NCBI GenBank assembly: GCA_963770895.1
Contig: CAVYRF010000001.1
Coordinates: 1,984,001 to 2,048,000, forward strand
Direction: 5' to 3'
Source: an uncultured Acidobacteriota bacterium
GTDB lineage: Bacteria > Acidobacteriota > Thermoanaerobaculia > Multivoradales > UBA5704
DNA length: 64,000 bases
The notes under the pieces are model-generated. The model saw nothing but the letters and a program-made list of their open reading frames with translations. It ran no database searches and was not told the origin of the DNA. Made by a program: the position numbers and the translations under genes. Shown here one piece after another: positions 50,062-58,756 of the stretch; the stretch's first letter is position 1; the number at the start of each line of letters is the position of its first letter.

Positions 50062-51516
50062 ATGCCGCACGAGCACGAGGTGCGCTCTCACGAGCGCTGG
50101 GCGCATCTGCGCTTTGCTGTTGTCGGGCCGCTGCTGGCCTCGCCGCCGGCAGCCGGCGAGCTCCAGACGGAGCTGTCCCGTCTGGCGTCGAGACTCTGGC
50201 AGCATCCGGTCTCCGGTCAGCCGGTGCGCTTTGCCGTCTCGACGATCGAGCGCTGGTACTACCAGGCCCGACACGGCAACGACCCGGTGGCCGTCTTGCG
50301 CCGCAAGATCCGCAGCGACAGCGGCCAGCAGCAGGCCCTCAGCGCTGAGCTCGGAGAGGCGCTGCGACGCCAGCATGCAGCCCATCCGAGCTGGAGCTAC
50401 CAGCTGCACCTCGACAATCTGGCCGTCCTGGTCGCCGAGCAGTCGAACTGGGGTCCACTGCCGTCCTACGCCAGCCTGCGGCGCTACATGGTGGTGCATG
50501 GCTGGCTGCGACGCCGGCGAGTGCCGCGTGGCCAGCGCCCGGGAGAGCGCCTGGCCGAAGAGCGCCGAGAGGCGCGCGAGACGCGCAGCTACGAGGCTGA
50601 GTACGTCGGCGGCCTCTGGCATCTGGACTTCCATCACGGATCGCTGAAGATCCTCAATGCGCAGGGCGAGTGGGTGCAGCCGGTGCTGCTGGCGATCCTC
50701 GACGATCGATCGCGACTGCTCTGCCACGCCCAGTGGTATCTGAGCGAAACCGCCGCGAGTCTGGTGCACGGCCTGGTGCAGGCCTTTCAAAAGCGCGGTC
50801 TGCCGCGGGCGCTGCTGACCGACAACGGCGGCCCGATGCTTGCGGCCGAAACCACCCAAGGTCTACAACGCCTCGCCGTCGTCCACTCCACCACGCTCTC
50901 GTACTCCCCGCATCAGAACGGCAAGCAAGAGGTGTTCTGGGTGCAGGTCGAAGGCCGGCTGCTGGCCATGCTCGAAGATCAGCCTGACCTGACGCTGGGC
51001 CTGCTCAACGAGGCCACGCTCGCCTGGGTGGAGATGGAGTACCAGCGGACCCGGCACTCCGAGACCGGCCAGGCCCCGCTGACGCGCTGGCTCGATGGCC
51101 CCACGGTGATCCGTCCTTGTCCAGAGACCAACGACCTCCGCTTCGCCTTCACCGCTGCGGCCGAACGCACTCAGCGTCAGAGCGACGGCACCCTCAGCCT
51201 CGACGGCACCCGCTTCGAGGTCCCCGGCCGCTTTCGCCACCTGCGGCGGCTGGCGCTACGGTATGCGAGCTGGGATCTGCGCTCGGTCTGGCTCGTCGAC
51301 CCACGCACCGGCGTCGCTCTCGAGCGGCTCTATCCTCTCGACCGCACCCGAAACTCCGAGGGCGTAAGACGCCCGCTCGCACCGCCGTCGCTACCGACCG
51401 CGGAGATCACTGCCCAGCCCGGCGGCATCGCGCCGCTGCTGCGCCAGCTCATGGCCGACTACGCCGCCACCGGCCTGCCTCCCGCTTACATCGCCTACGA
51501 CGAGGAGCACACATGA
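50062..51516 (+). CDS. DDE transposase (rve integrase core, IS481/Mu-like)
   Basis: N-terminal HTH STIERWYY; LWHLDFH, LLTDNG, NGKQEVFW. Confidence 0.93.
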   Translation: MPHEHEVRSHERWAHLRFAVVGPLLASPPAAGELQTELSRLASRLWQHPVSGQPVRFAVSTIERWYYQARHGNDPVAVLRRKIRSDSGQQQALSAELGEALRRQHAAHPSWSYQLHLDNLAVLVAEQSNWGPLPSYASLRRYMVVHGWLRRRRVPRGQRPGERLAEERREARETRSYEAEYVGGLWHLDFHHGSLKILNAQGEWVQPVLLAILDDRSRLLCHAQWYLSETAASLVHGLVQAFQKRGLPRALLTDNGGPMLAAETTQGLQRLAVVHSTTLSYSPHQNGKQEVFWVQVEGRLLAMLEDQPDLTLGLLNEATLAWVEMEYQRTRHSETGQAPLTRWLDGPTVIRPCPETNDLRFAFTAAAERTQRQSDGTLSLDGTRFEVPGRFRHLRRLALRYASWDLRSVWLVDPRTGVALERLYPLDRTRNSEGVRRPLAPPSLPTAEITAQPGGIAPLLRQLMADYAATGLPPAYIAYDEEHT

Positions 51517-52373
51517 TGACCCGCAACCTGCTGGCCCTATTCGGCGTCAAGTGGAATCCGTTCTCACCCGACATTCCGATCGAGGCGCTTTGGCGCACCC
51601 CCAAGATCGAGCACTTCTGCTGGCGGCTCGAAAACCTGGCGCGCGAGGGCGGCTTCGCCCTGATCACCGGCGATCCCGGAACGGGCAAGTCCGTCGCCCT
51701 CCGCGCTCTCGCCCACCATCTCGCCGCGCTGCCCGACGTCACCATCGGTGTCCTCAGCCGGCCGCAGAGCGCTCTCGGTGACTTCTACCGCGAGATGGGA
51801 CAGCTCTTCGGCCTCGCGCTCTCTCCCCACAACCGCTGGGGCGGCTTCAAGATCCTCCGGGAAAGCTGGCTTGCCCACGTCGAAGCCACCCGCTGCCGCC
51901 CCGTGCTGCTCGTCGACGAAGCTCAGGAGATGCCCGCTGCCGTCCTCGCCGAAATCCGCATCCTTGCCGCCACCGAGTTTGATTCGCGCTCGATCCTCAC
52001 CGTCGTGCTCTGCGGCGACAGCCGCCTAACGCAACAATTCCGCAGTGATGAGCTGCTGCCCATCGCCAGCCGCATCCGCGCTCGCTTGACGCTCGACTAT
52101 CTCACTCCCAAGGAGCTGCTCGATTGGCTCCAGCACGCCCTCGCCCAGGCCGGCAATCCCCAGCTGCTCACCTCCGAGGTCAAGACCACCTTGGCCGAAC
52201 ACGCGGCCGGCAACCTGCGCGTCCTCACCACCCTGGGCAATGAGCTGCTCGCACTCGCCGCTCACCGACAGCTCGCCCAGATCGATCAAAAACTCTATCT
52301 CGAAGTCTTCGCCTCGCAACCCCGACCCAAACTCAAAGCCCAAACCCCAGGCAGCAAGCACCCTCGCGCCTGA
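51513..52373 (+). CDS. ExeA-like AAA+ transposition ATPase
   Basis: Walker A GDPGTGKS, Walker B LLVDEAQ; ATGA overlap. Confidence 0.92.
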   Translation: MMTRNLLALFGVKWNPFSPDIPIEALWRTPKIEHFCWRLENLAREGGFALITGDPGTGKSVALRALAHHLAALPDVTIGVLSRPQSALGDFYREMGQLFGLALSPHNRWGGFKILRESWLAHVEATRCRPVLLVDEAQEMPAAVLAEIRILAATEFDSRSILTVVLCGDSRLTQQFRSDELLPIASRIRARLTLDYLTPKELLDWLQHALAQAGNPQLLTSEVKTTLAEHAAGNLRVLTTLGNELLALAAHRQLAQIDQKLYLEVFASQPRPKLKAQTPGSKHPRA

Positions 52374-52416
52374 ACCTTGGCCGGCTCTCGGCTCTCCCGC
52401 CTTCCCGAGAACCACC

Positions 52417-52764
52417 ATGCTCGCTGACGCCTATATCCGCTGCATACTCGACCTCTACCGCAGCACTCCCGATACCCCGGGGCGTGCCCGCCCCGCCGAC
52501 CGCCAACTCGCCGCCTCACTCCACCAACTCGAAATCCCTCTCGATCTTGTCGCCGCCGCGCTCGTCCTTGCCACCGCCCGGCGCAGACACCGCCATCCCC
52601 AAACTCCGCCTCTTCGCCCAATACGCTCGCTTCACTACTTTCTGCCCGTCATCGACGAGCTGATCAACGATCCGCCTCCACGCGCATATTGCGACTACCT
52701 CCGCCGAAGGCTCGAAACCTCTGCCCCCAAACTCATCGCCACGATCGACCATCAAATACCATGA
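52417..52764 (+). CDS. Small transposon-encoded hypothetical protein
   Basis: MLADAYIRCILDLYRSTPDTP..PIRSLHYFLPVIDEL; ends inside the right-end repeats. Confidence 0.65.
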   Translation: MLADAYIRCILDLYRSTPDTPGRARPADRQLAASLHQLEIPLDLVAAALVLATARRRHRHPQTPPLRPIRSLHYFLPVIDELINDPPPRAYCDYLRRRLETSAPKLIATIDHQIP

Positions 52765-52797
52765 CCGAACCGCCATCAAATACCGCGACCGCTCTCA

Positions 52798-53058
52798 CTG
52801 GGCCGCAGCTTAAGGCGTCCCTGCGCCCGCCCGATCTCCTTCGAGTTTCTTGCCTCGCGCGCACCGCGGCCCCCGTGCGCTTCGCACCCCTGCCGATAGC
52901 GGCCACTCCATCCATCTGCCCTACCAGGGGAATTTGCCCACTCGACCGCGCACTCGCCAAACCCTGAGCCCGCGGTGCGCGCTCGCGCAACAGCCACCCC
53001 TTCGGACACGAACCGGACCGGTTTGCTCCTCCTCACCCTACCCCTGGCGCTGGCCTCC
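52798..53058 (+). repeat. Dispersed structured repeat, copy 3 (its first ~25 bp, 49123-49147, split off by the transposon)
   Basis: Collinear with copies 1 and 4. Confidence 0.92.
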
Positions 53059-53366
53059 CCGCCAGAACGTCACCGGCGTCGCCGACCAGACAGGAACCAG
53101 TTGCCACGCGGCAGGCTGCGCCCCCGCTACCTGCCTGCCGTAGCCCCCGCTAGCCCGGATCAGATATCCGCAAAATGGAAACTTCTTGGCAAAACCGGGG
53201 CACTGCTGGGCATTCCAGGTAACCGACATTGCGCAAGCAAAGTGTTGGCGTAAAATCACCGGCGCTGACAGCGACAACGAATGTTTCCTCGAACGGCGAC
53301 AGCCCCGCATGGGCGACCCAAAAATCTTCTGATGGTGACCACAAACCCGATTGCCGAGGTGCCCTG

Positions 53367-55040
53367 ATGCCCAGGCCCGTTCCGTCGCCGCTCGCGATCG
53401 CCCTCACCTGGTTGCGCGAGCGCTCGGCCTGGACCCAGCGGGATCTCGCGTTGGCAGTCGGCGGGAGCTCGGTCAGTATCAGCAAGTACGAGAACGGTCA
53501 GCAGACGCTGAAACGTGAGCGGCTCGACCAGCTGGCAGCCGCCCTGGGCTACGGCCTTGCCGACGTCGATCTAGCGCTTCTCACCGTCACCGCGCTCGAC
53601 CCCGCCGCCGCAGCTACGCCCCAGGCCACTCACCCCCAACTGACCAGCCGCCAACACGGGGTCAGGGTTCGGCTCACCAAGTACGAGAGGGGCCAACGGC
53701 CGCTGAAGCGTGAGCGGCTCGATCAGCTGGCAGCCACCCTGGGCCACGACCCTGCCGACGTCGATCTGGCGCTCCTCACCATAGCCGCGCTCGACCCTAC
53801 CGCCGCGGCCGCGCCGCAGGCTCCACTGGAACATCCGGGCGCCATTCCCCCCCTGCTGGCCCGCCTCAGCCGCCGGGCCGGGGTCCGCTTTGCCATCGAA
53901 GCCGCCACTCTGGCCCAGTCATGCTGGCAGCCTCAGCTGGCCGCCCGTCGCATCGCCCAGGACCGAGCCCAGGCCGGCGACCTGTGGCAGCAGCTGGCGC
54001 GCGTCACCCCCGCGCAGCGCCGCCTCCTGGTCGAGCGCACCCTGGAGTTCCAAGGCTGGGCGCTCGCCGAGCGCCTGGCCGAGGAGAGCCGGCGTGCTGC
54101 GCCCAAGAACGCCGCTACCGCGCTGGAGCTGGCGCAGCTCGCCGTGGCGGCGGCCCGTCGCGCCGGCGGGTCCGACGCCTGGCTCAGCCGTCTGGAGGGC
54201 TACATCCGGGCGTTCCTGGCCAACGCCCTGCGTGTCCAGGGGAGCCTGTCCAGCGCCGGCGCCGAGTGGCAGACCGTCTGGCGCCTCTGGCACGCCGGCA
54301 CCGCGGGCGACCCCGCCGCCGTGCTACCGGAGTGGCGCCTGCTCGACCTGGAGGCTTCCCTGCGTCGCGATGCGCGCCAGTTTGCCGCCGCCCTGGACCT
54401 ACTCGATCGCGCCGCCGCGGCGGCTCCCAGCTCCGCAGCGGGGCGTATCTTGGTGAATCGCGCTTCGACCCTGGAACAGGCGGGCGACCTTCGGGGCGCC
54501 GTGGCCACGTTGCGGCAAGCTGAACCTATCGTTAATGAGACGCGCGAGCCGCGTCTGCAATGGCTGCTTGCGTTCAATTTCAGCGTCAACCTCTGTCATC
54601 TCGGTGGCTTCGCCGAGGCGGCATTGCAGCTGCCCAAGCTGCGGCAGCTCACGCTCAACCTCGGCAATGACTTGGACCTGGTGCGCGTCGTTTGGTTGAG
54701 CGGTCGTGTTGCGGCCGGCATGGGCAGCAGGCAGGATGCATGCGTCGCCTTTGAGGAAGTGCGGGACCAGCTGGCGGCGCGCCGCGATGGCTTCGGCACC
54801 GCCATGGTATCGCTTGAGCTGGCAGTTCTCTACTTGGAAGACGGGCGTCTTGGCGAGGTGCGCCGCCTCGCCATGCAGATGAGCTGGATCCTCGCCGCCG
54901 AGGGATTGGAGCGCGAGGTCCTCGCCGGCCTGCAGCTCTTCTGCGAGGCGGCCCGCCGCGAGGCCGCCACGATCGAGCAAGCGCGCACGGTGCTGTGCCA
55001 GCTTGGCCCCGCACCCCATTTTGGCGCCGGTGCGCTGTGA
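53367..55040 (+). CDS. XRE-HTH + TPR-like regulator 1
   Basis: WLRERSAWTQRDLA..SISKYENG HTH; helical repeat C-terminal region (WRLLDLEASLRRD, LGNDLDLVRVVWLSGR); RBS GAGG. Confidence 0.88.
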   Translation: MPRPVPSPLAIALTWLRERSAWTQRDLALAVGGSSVSISKYENGQQTLKRERLDQLAAALGYGLADVDLALLTVTALDPAAAATPQATHPQLTSRQHGVRVRLTKYERGQRPLKRERLDQLAATLGHDPADVDLALLTIAALDPTAAAAPQAPLEHPGAIPPLLARLSRRAGVRFAIEAATLAQSCWQPQLAARRIAQDRAQAGDLWQQLARVTPAQRRLLVERTLEFQGWALAERLAEESRRAAPKNAATALELAQLAVAAARRAGGSDAWLSRLEGYIRAFLANALRVQGSLSSAGAEWQTVWRLWHAGTAGDPAAVLPEWRLLDLEASLRRDARQFAAALDLLDRAAAAAPSSAAGRILVNRASTLEQAGDLRGAVATLRQAEPIVNETREPRLQWLLAFNFSVNLCHLGGFAEAALQLPKLRQLTLNLGNDLDLVRVVWLSGRVAAGMGSRQDACVAFEEVRDQLAARRDGFGTAMVSLELAVLYLEDGRLGEVRRLAMQMSWILAAEGLEREVLAGLQLFCEAARREAATIEQARTVLCQLGPAPHFGAGAL

Positions 55041-55113
55041 AGCACCCAGCCCGAGCGGCGGAGTTCACGTCTACTCTCACTGCTGACCCGCTGCAACAGG
55101 CGATACCGCCCGT

Positions 55114-55330
55114 TCAGTGCGGCGTAACTACGTTCGTGCAACGCCCATCAGGTGGCGGGCGGCGTGACCGCGTTGATGCAGCGCCCATCTGGATCCGCCG
55201 TGCAGGTTGCTTGCGGCTTAACCACGTTCGTGCAGAGGCCGTTCGGGTCTCCCGTGCAAGTTGCCTGCGGCTTAACCGCGCTCGTGCAGAGGCTGCTCGG
55301 GTCCATTCCGCAGGTGGCCTGCGGCCTCAC
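55114..55330 (-). repeat. 54-bp coding tandem repeat (three full units, one deleted unit, short tail)
   Basis: Units start at 55330, 55276, 55222 and 55168. Confidence 0.9.
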
Positions 55331-55573
55331 CCGCGAGGGCGAGCGCCGCAGTGGCAGTTGGGCGCTGCTGGAGGGCCGCCCCGCCCACGGCCAAATTGCG
55401 CTCAGCCACCGGCCCAACTGGGCCACGACATCGACACCAGGGCCACCTGGGGAGCCAGGAAAGCTGAGGCCGGCAGCCGAAGTGGCTGCTACGGAGCTGG
55501 ATACGTTCGTCCAACCTGCCACAGCAAGGACGGCGGCCGCGACGGCAATGCGACGGGGGATTCTTGGACGCAT
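55148..55573 (-). CDS. Secreted multi-core peptide precursor with 18-aa C-x2-DP-x2-x-C repeats
   Basis: Signal peptide MRPRIPRRIAVAAAVLAVAG..; amphipathic LGRWLSAIWPW; three complete repeats plus a frameshifted fourth. Confidence 0.85.
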   Translation of the reverse strand: MRPRIPRRIAVAAAVLAVAGWTNVSSSVAATSAAGLSFPGSPGGPGVDVVAQLGRWLSAIWPWAGRPSSSAQLPLRRSPSRVRPQATCGMDPSSLCTSAVKPQATCTGDPNGLCTNVVKPQATCTADPDGRCINAVTPPAT

Positions 55574-55639
55574 AGGGAAGTCCTTTCGTGGGGCGCTGCC
55601 GCTCGCGGCCGGAATTGGCCGGGGGCGGCCCGCGTCCCT

Positions 55640-55686
55640 GACAATCCGCTGCCGGTACGATTGTCGAGGTTAAAAATATACTTTTT
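55640..55686. promoter_or_regulatory. Candidate operators in the divergent peptide/regulator intergenic region
   Basis: GACAATC-N12-GATTGTC (55640-55665) and AAAAA-tatac-TTTTT (55672-55686). Confidence 0.5.
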
Positions 55687-55721
55687 CCGAGTACGGTATT
55701 CACGCGGGGAGGATTGCACGC

Positions 55722-57239
55722 ATGGCATCGCCAGGGCTTGACGACCAAGGGTTGCTTCTCCAGTGGCTGCGCGCAGTCCGGGGCTGGGACCAAAGCCAGC
55801 TTGGAGCGGCGGTCGGCATCTCGCAAGCCTCGATCTCTCGCTACGAGAAAGGAGAGGTGCCAGTACGGCCAGAAGCGCTGGAGCGCATCACCGCCGCCGT
55901 AGGACTGCCGGTCTGGTTCGTGAAGCGCTACTTGGTGCCCGTTTTTCGTGCCACCCGCAGTCTTTCGGCGACCGTGGCGACCAGCCCCTCATCGGGTGCC
56001 CACCCCCCGCTTGCCCAAGACCATAAACCCCTCGACGGGGGCGTCCTGGAGGCGGCTCTACGCGCGATGCTTGACGGGGCGCTGGCCGAGGTCGAGGCGG
56101 CGGCCATAGCTGCGGCAAACCAGAGAAGCACCCCCCGGCCCTTGCCGTCGCCGCGCGACCGCGAGGACGCCGCGCGCGCCTGGGACCGTCTGGCGCCCTG
56201 CGCCGCGGCTGACCGCCAATGGCTGGTTGAGCGGTGCGCCGAGTTCCACCTGTGGGCGCTGGCCGAGCGGCTCTGTGACGAGAGCGCGCGAGCGGCGCCC
56301 CAAGAGGCGGCAGCAGCCCTCGACCTGGCCCGCCTCGCCCTTACCGTGGCGCAGCGCACCGGCGGTGCTGAGCCCTGGCGCCGGCGCTTGCAAGGTTACG
56401 CGCGGGCCTTCCTGGCCAACGTATTGCGCGTCACCGGTGAGCTGGTGGCGGCCGGAGCTGAATTCGCAAAGGCTTGGGAGCTGTGGCGCTCCAGCGGCGA
56501 GGGCGACCCCGCCGGCCTGCTGGAAGAGTGGCGCCTGCTCGACCTGGAAGCCTCCCTGCGGCGCGACGCCCGGCAATTCCACGACGCGCTCGATCTGTTG
56601 GAGCGCGCCGCGGCCGTAGCGCCGCCGCGCGCCCTTGGCGGCATCCTGCTCAACAAGGCGTCCACCCTGGAGCAGGCAGGCGACCCGGCGGGCGCTCTCG
56701 CCGTCCTGCGGCAGGCCGCGCCGCTGGTCGCGAGCAGCGACGCACCCCGCCTGCACTGGATATTGGACTTCAACCTGTGCGTCAACCTCTGCCATCTCCG
56801 CCAATTCGCCGAGGCCGAGGCACAGCTGCCGCGCCTCCGCCAGCTCGCCCTGGACCTGGGCAACGACCTGGACCTGGTGCGTGTCGTCTGGCTGAGCGGC
56901 CGCACGGCCGCGGGCTCCGGCCGCCGCGCCGAGGCGTGCGCCGCCTTCGAGCAGGTGCGCGGGGAGCTCACGATCAGGAAGGACGCCTTCGGCACCGCCA
57001 TGGTCTCGCTGGAGCTGGCGCAGCTCTACCTGGACGAGGGCCGCACCGCCGAAGTGCGCGAGCTCGCCGCGGAAATGGCGTGGGTCCTTGCCGCCAAAGG
57101 CCTGGAGCGCGAAGCGTTGGCCGCCCTGCGCCTGTTCTGCGATGCCGCCCAGCGTGAGGCGGCGACCCTCGATCAGGTGCGGCGGGTGCTGGGCCAGCTG
57201 GAGCGCACCGCCGTCCTGCCGCGTCCCGCCGCTCTCTGA
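55722..57239 (+). CDS. XRE-HTH + TPR-like regulator 2
   Basis: WLRAVRGWDQSQLGAAVGISQASISRYEKG; paralog of regulator 1; RBS GGAGG. Confidence 0.9.
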   Translation: MASPGLDDQGLLLQWLRAVRGWDQSQLGAAVGISQASISRYEKGEVPVRPEALERITAAVGLPVWFVKRYLVPVFRATRSLSATVATSPSSGAHPPLAQDHKPLDGGVLEAALRAMLDGALAEVEAAAIAAANQRSTPRPLPSPRDREDAARAWDRLAPCAAADRQWLVERCAEFHLWALAERLCDESARAAPQEAAAALDLARLALTVAQRTGGAEPWRRRLQGYARAFLANVLRVTGELVAAGAEFAKAWELWRSSGEGDPAGLLEEWRLLDLEASLRRDARQFHDALDLLERAAAVAPPRALGGILLNKASTLEQAGDPAGALAVLRQAAPLVASSDAPRLHWILDFNLCVNLCHLRQFAEAEAQLPRLRQLALDLGNDLDLVRVVWLSGRTAAGSGRRAEACAAFEQVRGELTIRKDAFGTAMVSLELAQLYLDEGRTAEVRELAAEMAWVLAAKGLEREALAALRLFCDAAQREAATLDQVRRVLGQLERTAVLPRPAAL

Positions 57240-57374
57240 CGGCCGCCGCCGGCCCGTTCTCTCCAGTTACAGGGGAGAGCACGACGGCCGTGGTGCGTGC
57301 GAAATCGGCCGCCCCCGTTCCGCCGGCGGCCCGCTCGCGGGCGATCGCCGGCGGGACGGGGGCAAAGGCTAGGC

Positions 57375-58517
57375 CTAGAAGAGCGGCTTACCGTCCGCGG
57401 TTGCGTCCTGCACGGGCTTCCAATGCGCAACCGCCAGGGTTTCAACGGGAATCCGCCAAATCCCGTCTGCTGCGAGCCGTCCACCAAGCCAGAGCTGATC
57501 CGGCGCCAGCGCGGCCGACATGGGGCCGGATGAAACCGTCACTCCTTCGAGCAACACCCGCTCCAAAGTGTTCTGCGAAGGGTTGAAGCGGTCCAGGGCC
57601 ATCCCTTCGGGGCTGGAAACCACCAGGTAGACATAACCATCCCGGCCGCAGACCAGAGCCCGTACGACCCCACGGGCAATCCCAGCAGGGGATTCGGGTG
57701 AGGCGGCGCGGTTCGCACCTTGCGCTGCGCGGTTCCGCCATTCCCGTTCCTGATCCTGCTTTCCAAGCTTCTGCCACTGCAGGTCACCGCTGCCAACCAC
57801 GATTTCATGCTCGGGGGTCTCGGACGAAGAGGAGAGCTTCTGCAAGCGATAGCTGTTCTGCGAAGCGCTCCAGAGCGCCCCACCTTGGCCTGCGCACAGG
57901 AGCGTCTCCGTCTGCGCCCTACCTGCAGCCATCATCTCGAAGGCGCTTGCAGGCTTCTCTTTGAACTGGACAATTGGAGCCGAGACGACGGGCTGCCAGC
58001 GTCCATTCGTGAGAGCGAAAACCCGCGGGACCGTTTTCTTGAAACGATCTGCAGCGTCAGGGGGAGGCCCCAGCGATGTGACGCTGACCAGGGGACCAGA
58101 GGCTGAATAGGCCGCGGAAGAGATGACCCATCGAAGATCGGGAAAGCTCTCTTGCCTGCTGAAATCGCACACCGCCACTTCGCGGGGCGAACTCACGACC
58201 CAGGTCTGTCCTGCCGGATCCTTGGCGGCGGCATAGGCGGGAGCCAGCTGGTGGTCGCAAGCCAGCACACCCAGGCGATGGTCGAAACCTTCATCGGCTC
58301 CCAGGCCGAAAACTTCAAAGGAATCTCCGCGCAGGAGCCAGGGCCGCCCTTGGACATCCGTGGCAAGAAACTGCGTCGTCTCGGCCTTTTCGAGGGCAGG
58401 CGCCGCGACCCGGAGCACTCGCACCCTGGCATACCCAGAAGCATCCTTTGGGGACTGTGGGAGGGCTGCCGCAGGGAGCACCAAGAATATGAAAAAACTA
58501 GCGCTTACGATTCGCAT
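57375..58517 (-). CDS. Secreted protein family B, copy 2
   Basis: Signal peptide MRIVSASFFIFLVLPAAA; shares W.IS...Y..SGP.V.V, G..GA.W.A.QN.Y.L, VVR...VYLVV...L.RVLL with B1. Confidence 0.83.
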   Translation of the reverse strand: MRIVSASFFIFLVLPAAALPQSPKDASGYARVRVLRVAAPALEKAETTQFLATDVQGRPWLLRGDSFEVFGLGADEGFDHRLGVLACDHQLAPAYAAAKDPAGQTWVVSSPREVAVCDFSRQESFPDLRWVISSAAYSASGPLVSVTSLGPPPDAADRFKKTVPRVFALTNGRWQPVVSAPIVQFKEKPASAFEMMAAGRAQTETLLCAGQGGALWSASQNSYRLQKLSSSSETPEHEIVVGSGDLQWQKLGKQDQEREWRNRAAQGANRAASPESPAGIARGVVRALVCGRDGYVYLVVSSPEGMALDRFNPSQNTLERVLLEGVTVSSGPMSAALAPDQLWLGGRLAADGIWRIPVETLAVAHWKPVQDATADGKPLF

Positions 58518-58756
58518 ACGTGTCACCTTGCCTCATGCCTATTTTTGGATCTCCTATCGAAAGAGGTGCGGGTAGTCCCTGGGGCCAATGCTGCCGGCGC
58601 TATCAGTCACGAAGCCGTGAAGTCATGGCTTCGCGCCGCACACCGCGACCCGGCCGCCCGGTTGTTCCCTATATGCAGTGTTGCCGCAAGGCGCAAATTA
58701 CGGACAGGGGCGGCTCGCGGCGAGTGGCTGTGTGCTCAGATCGTTGCGCTGGGTGG

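Larger units (their letters stand above)
49148..52797 (+). mobile_element. Four-gene DDE transposon with ExeA-like ATPase (IS21/Tn552-like), 3650 bp
   Basis: TG..CA ends; 17-bp perfect IR TGAGAGCGGTCGCGGTA; 5-bp TSD CTGGG (49143-47, 52798-802); repeated CCATCAAATACC at the right end. Confidence 0.95.

Noticed and set aside
52776-53036. Short ORFs within the repeat copies (e.g. ..GSGFGECAVEWANSPG..)
   Set aside because: Frames break between copies and there is no consistent start or RBS; conservation is better explained at the nucleotide level
55114-55330. 54-bp periodic repeat as a CRISPR array
   Set aside because: No unique spacers, the period is a multiple of 3 inside a signal-peptide ORF, and there are no cas genes
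45204-58753. C1 fragment copies as a DGR template/variable repeat
   Set aside because: No reverse transcriptase; copies are only ~40 bp and mismatches are not adenine-specific
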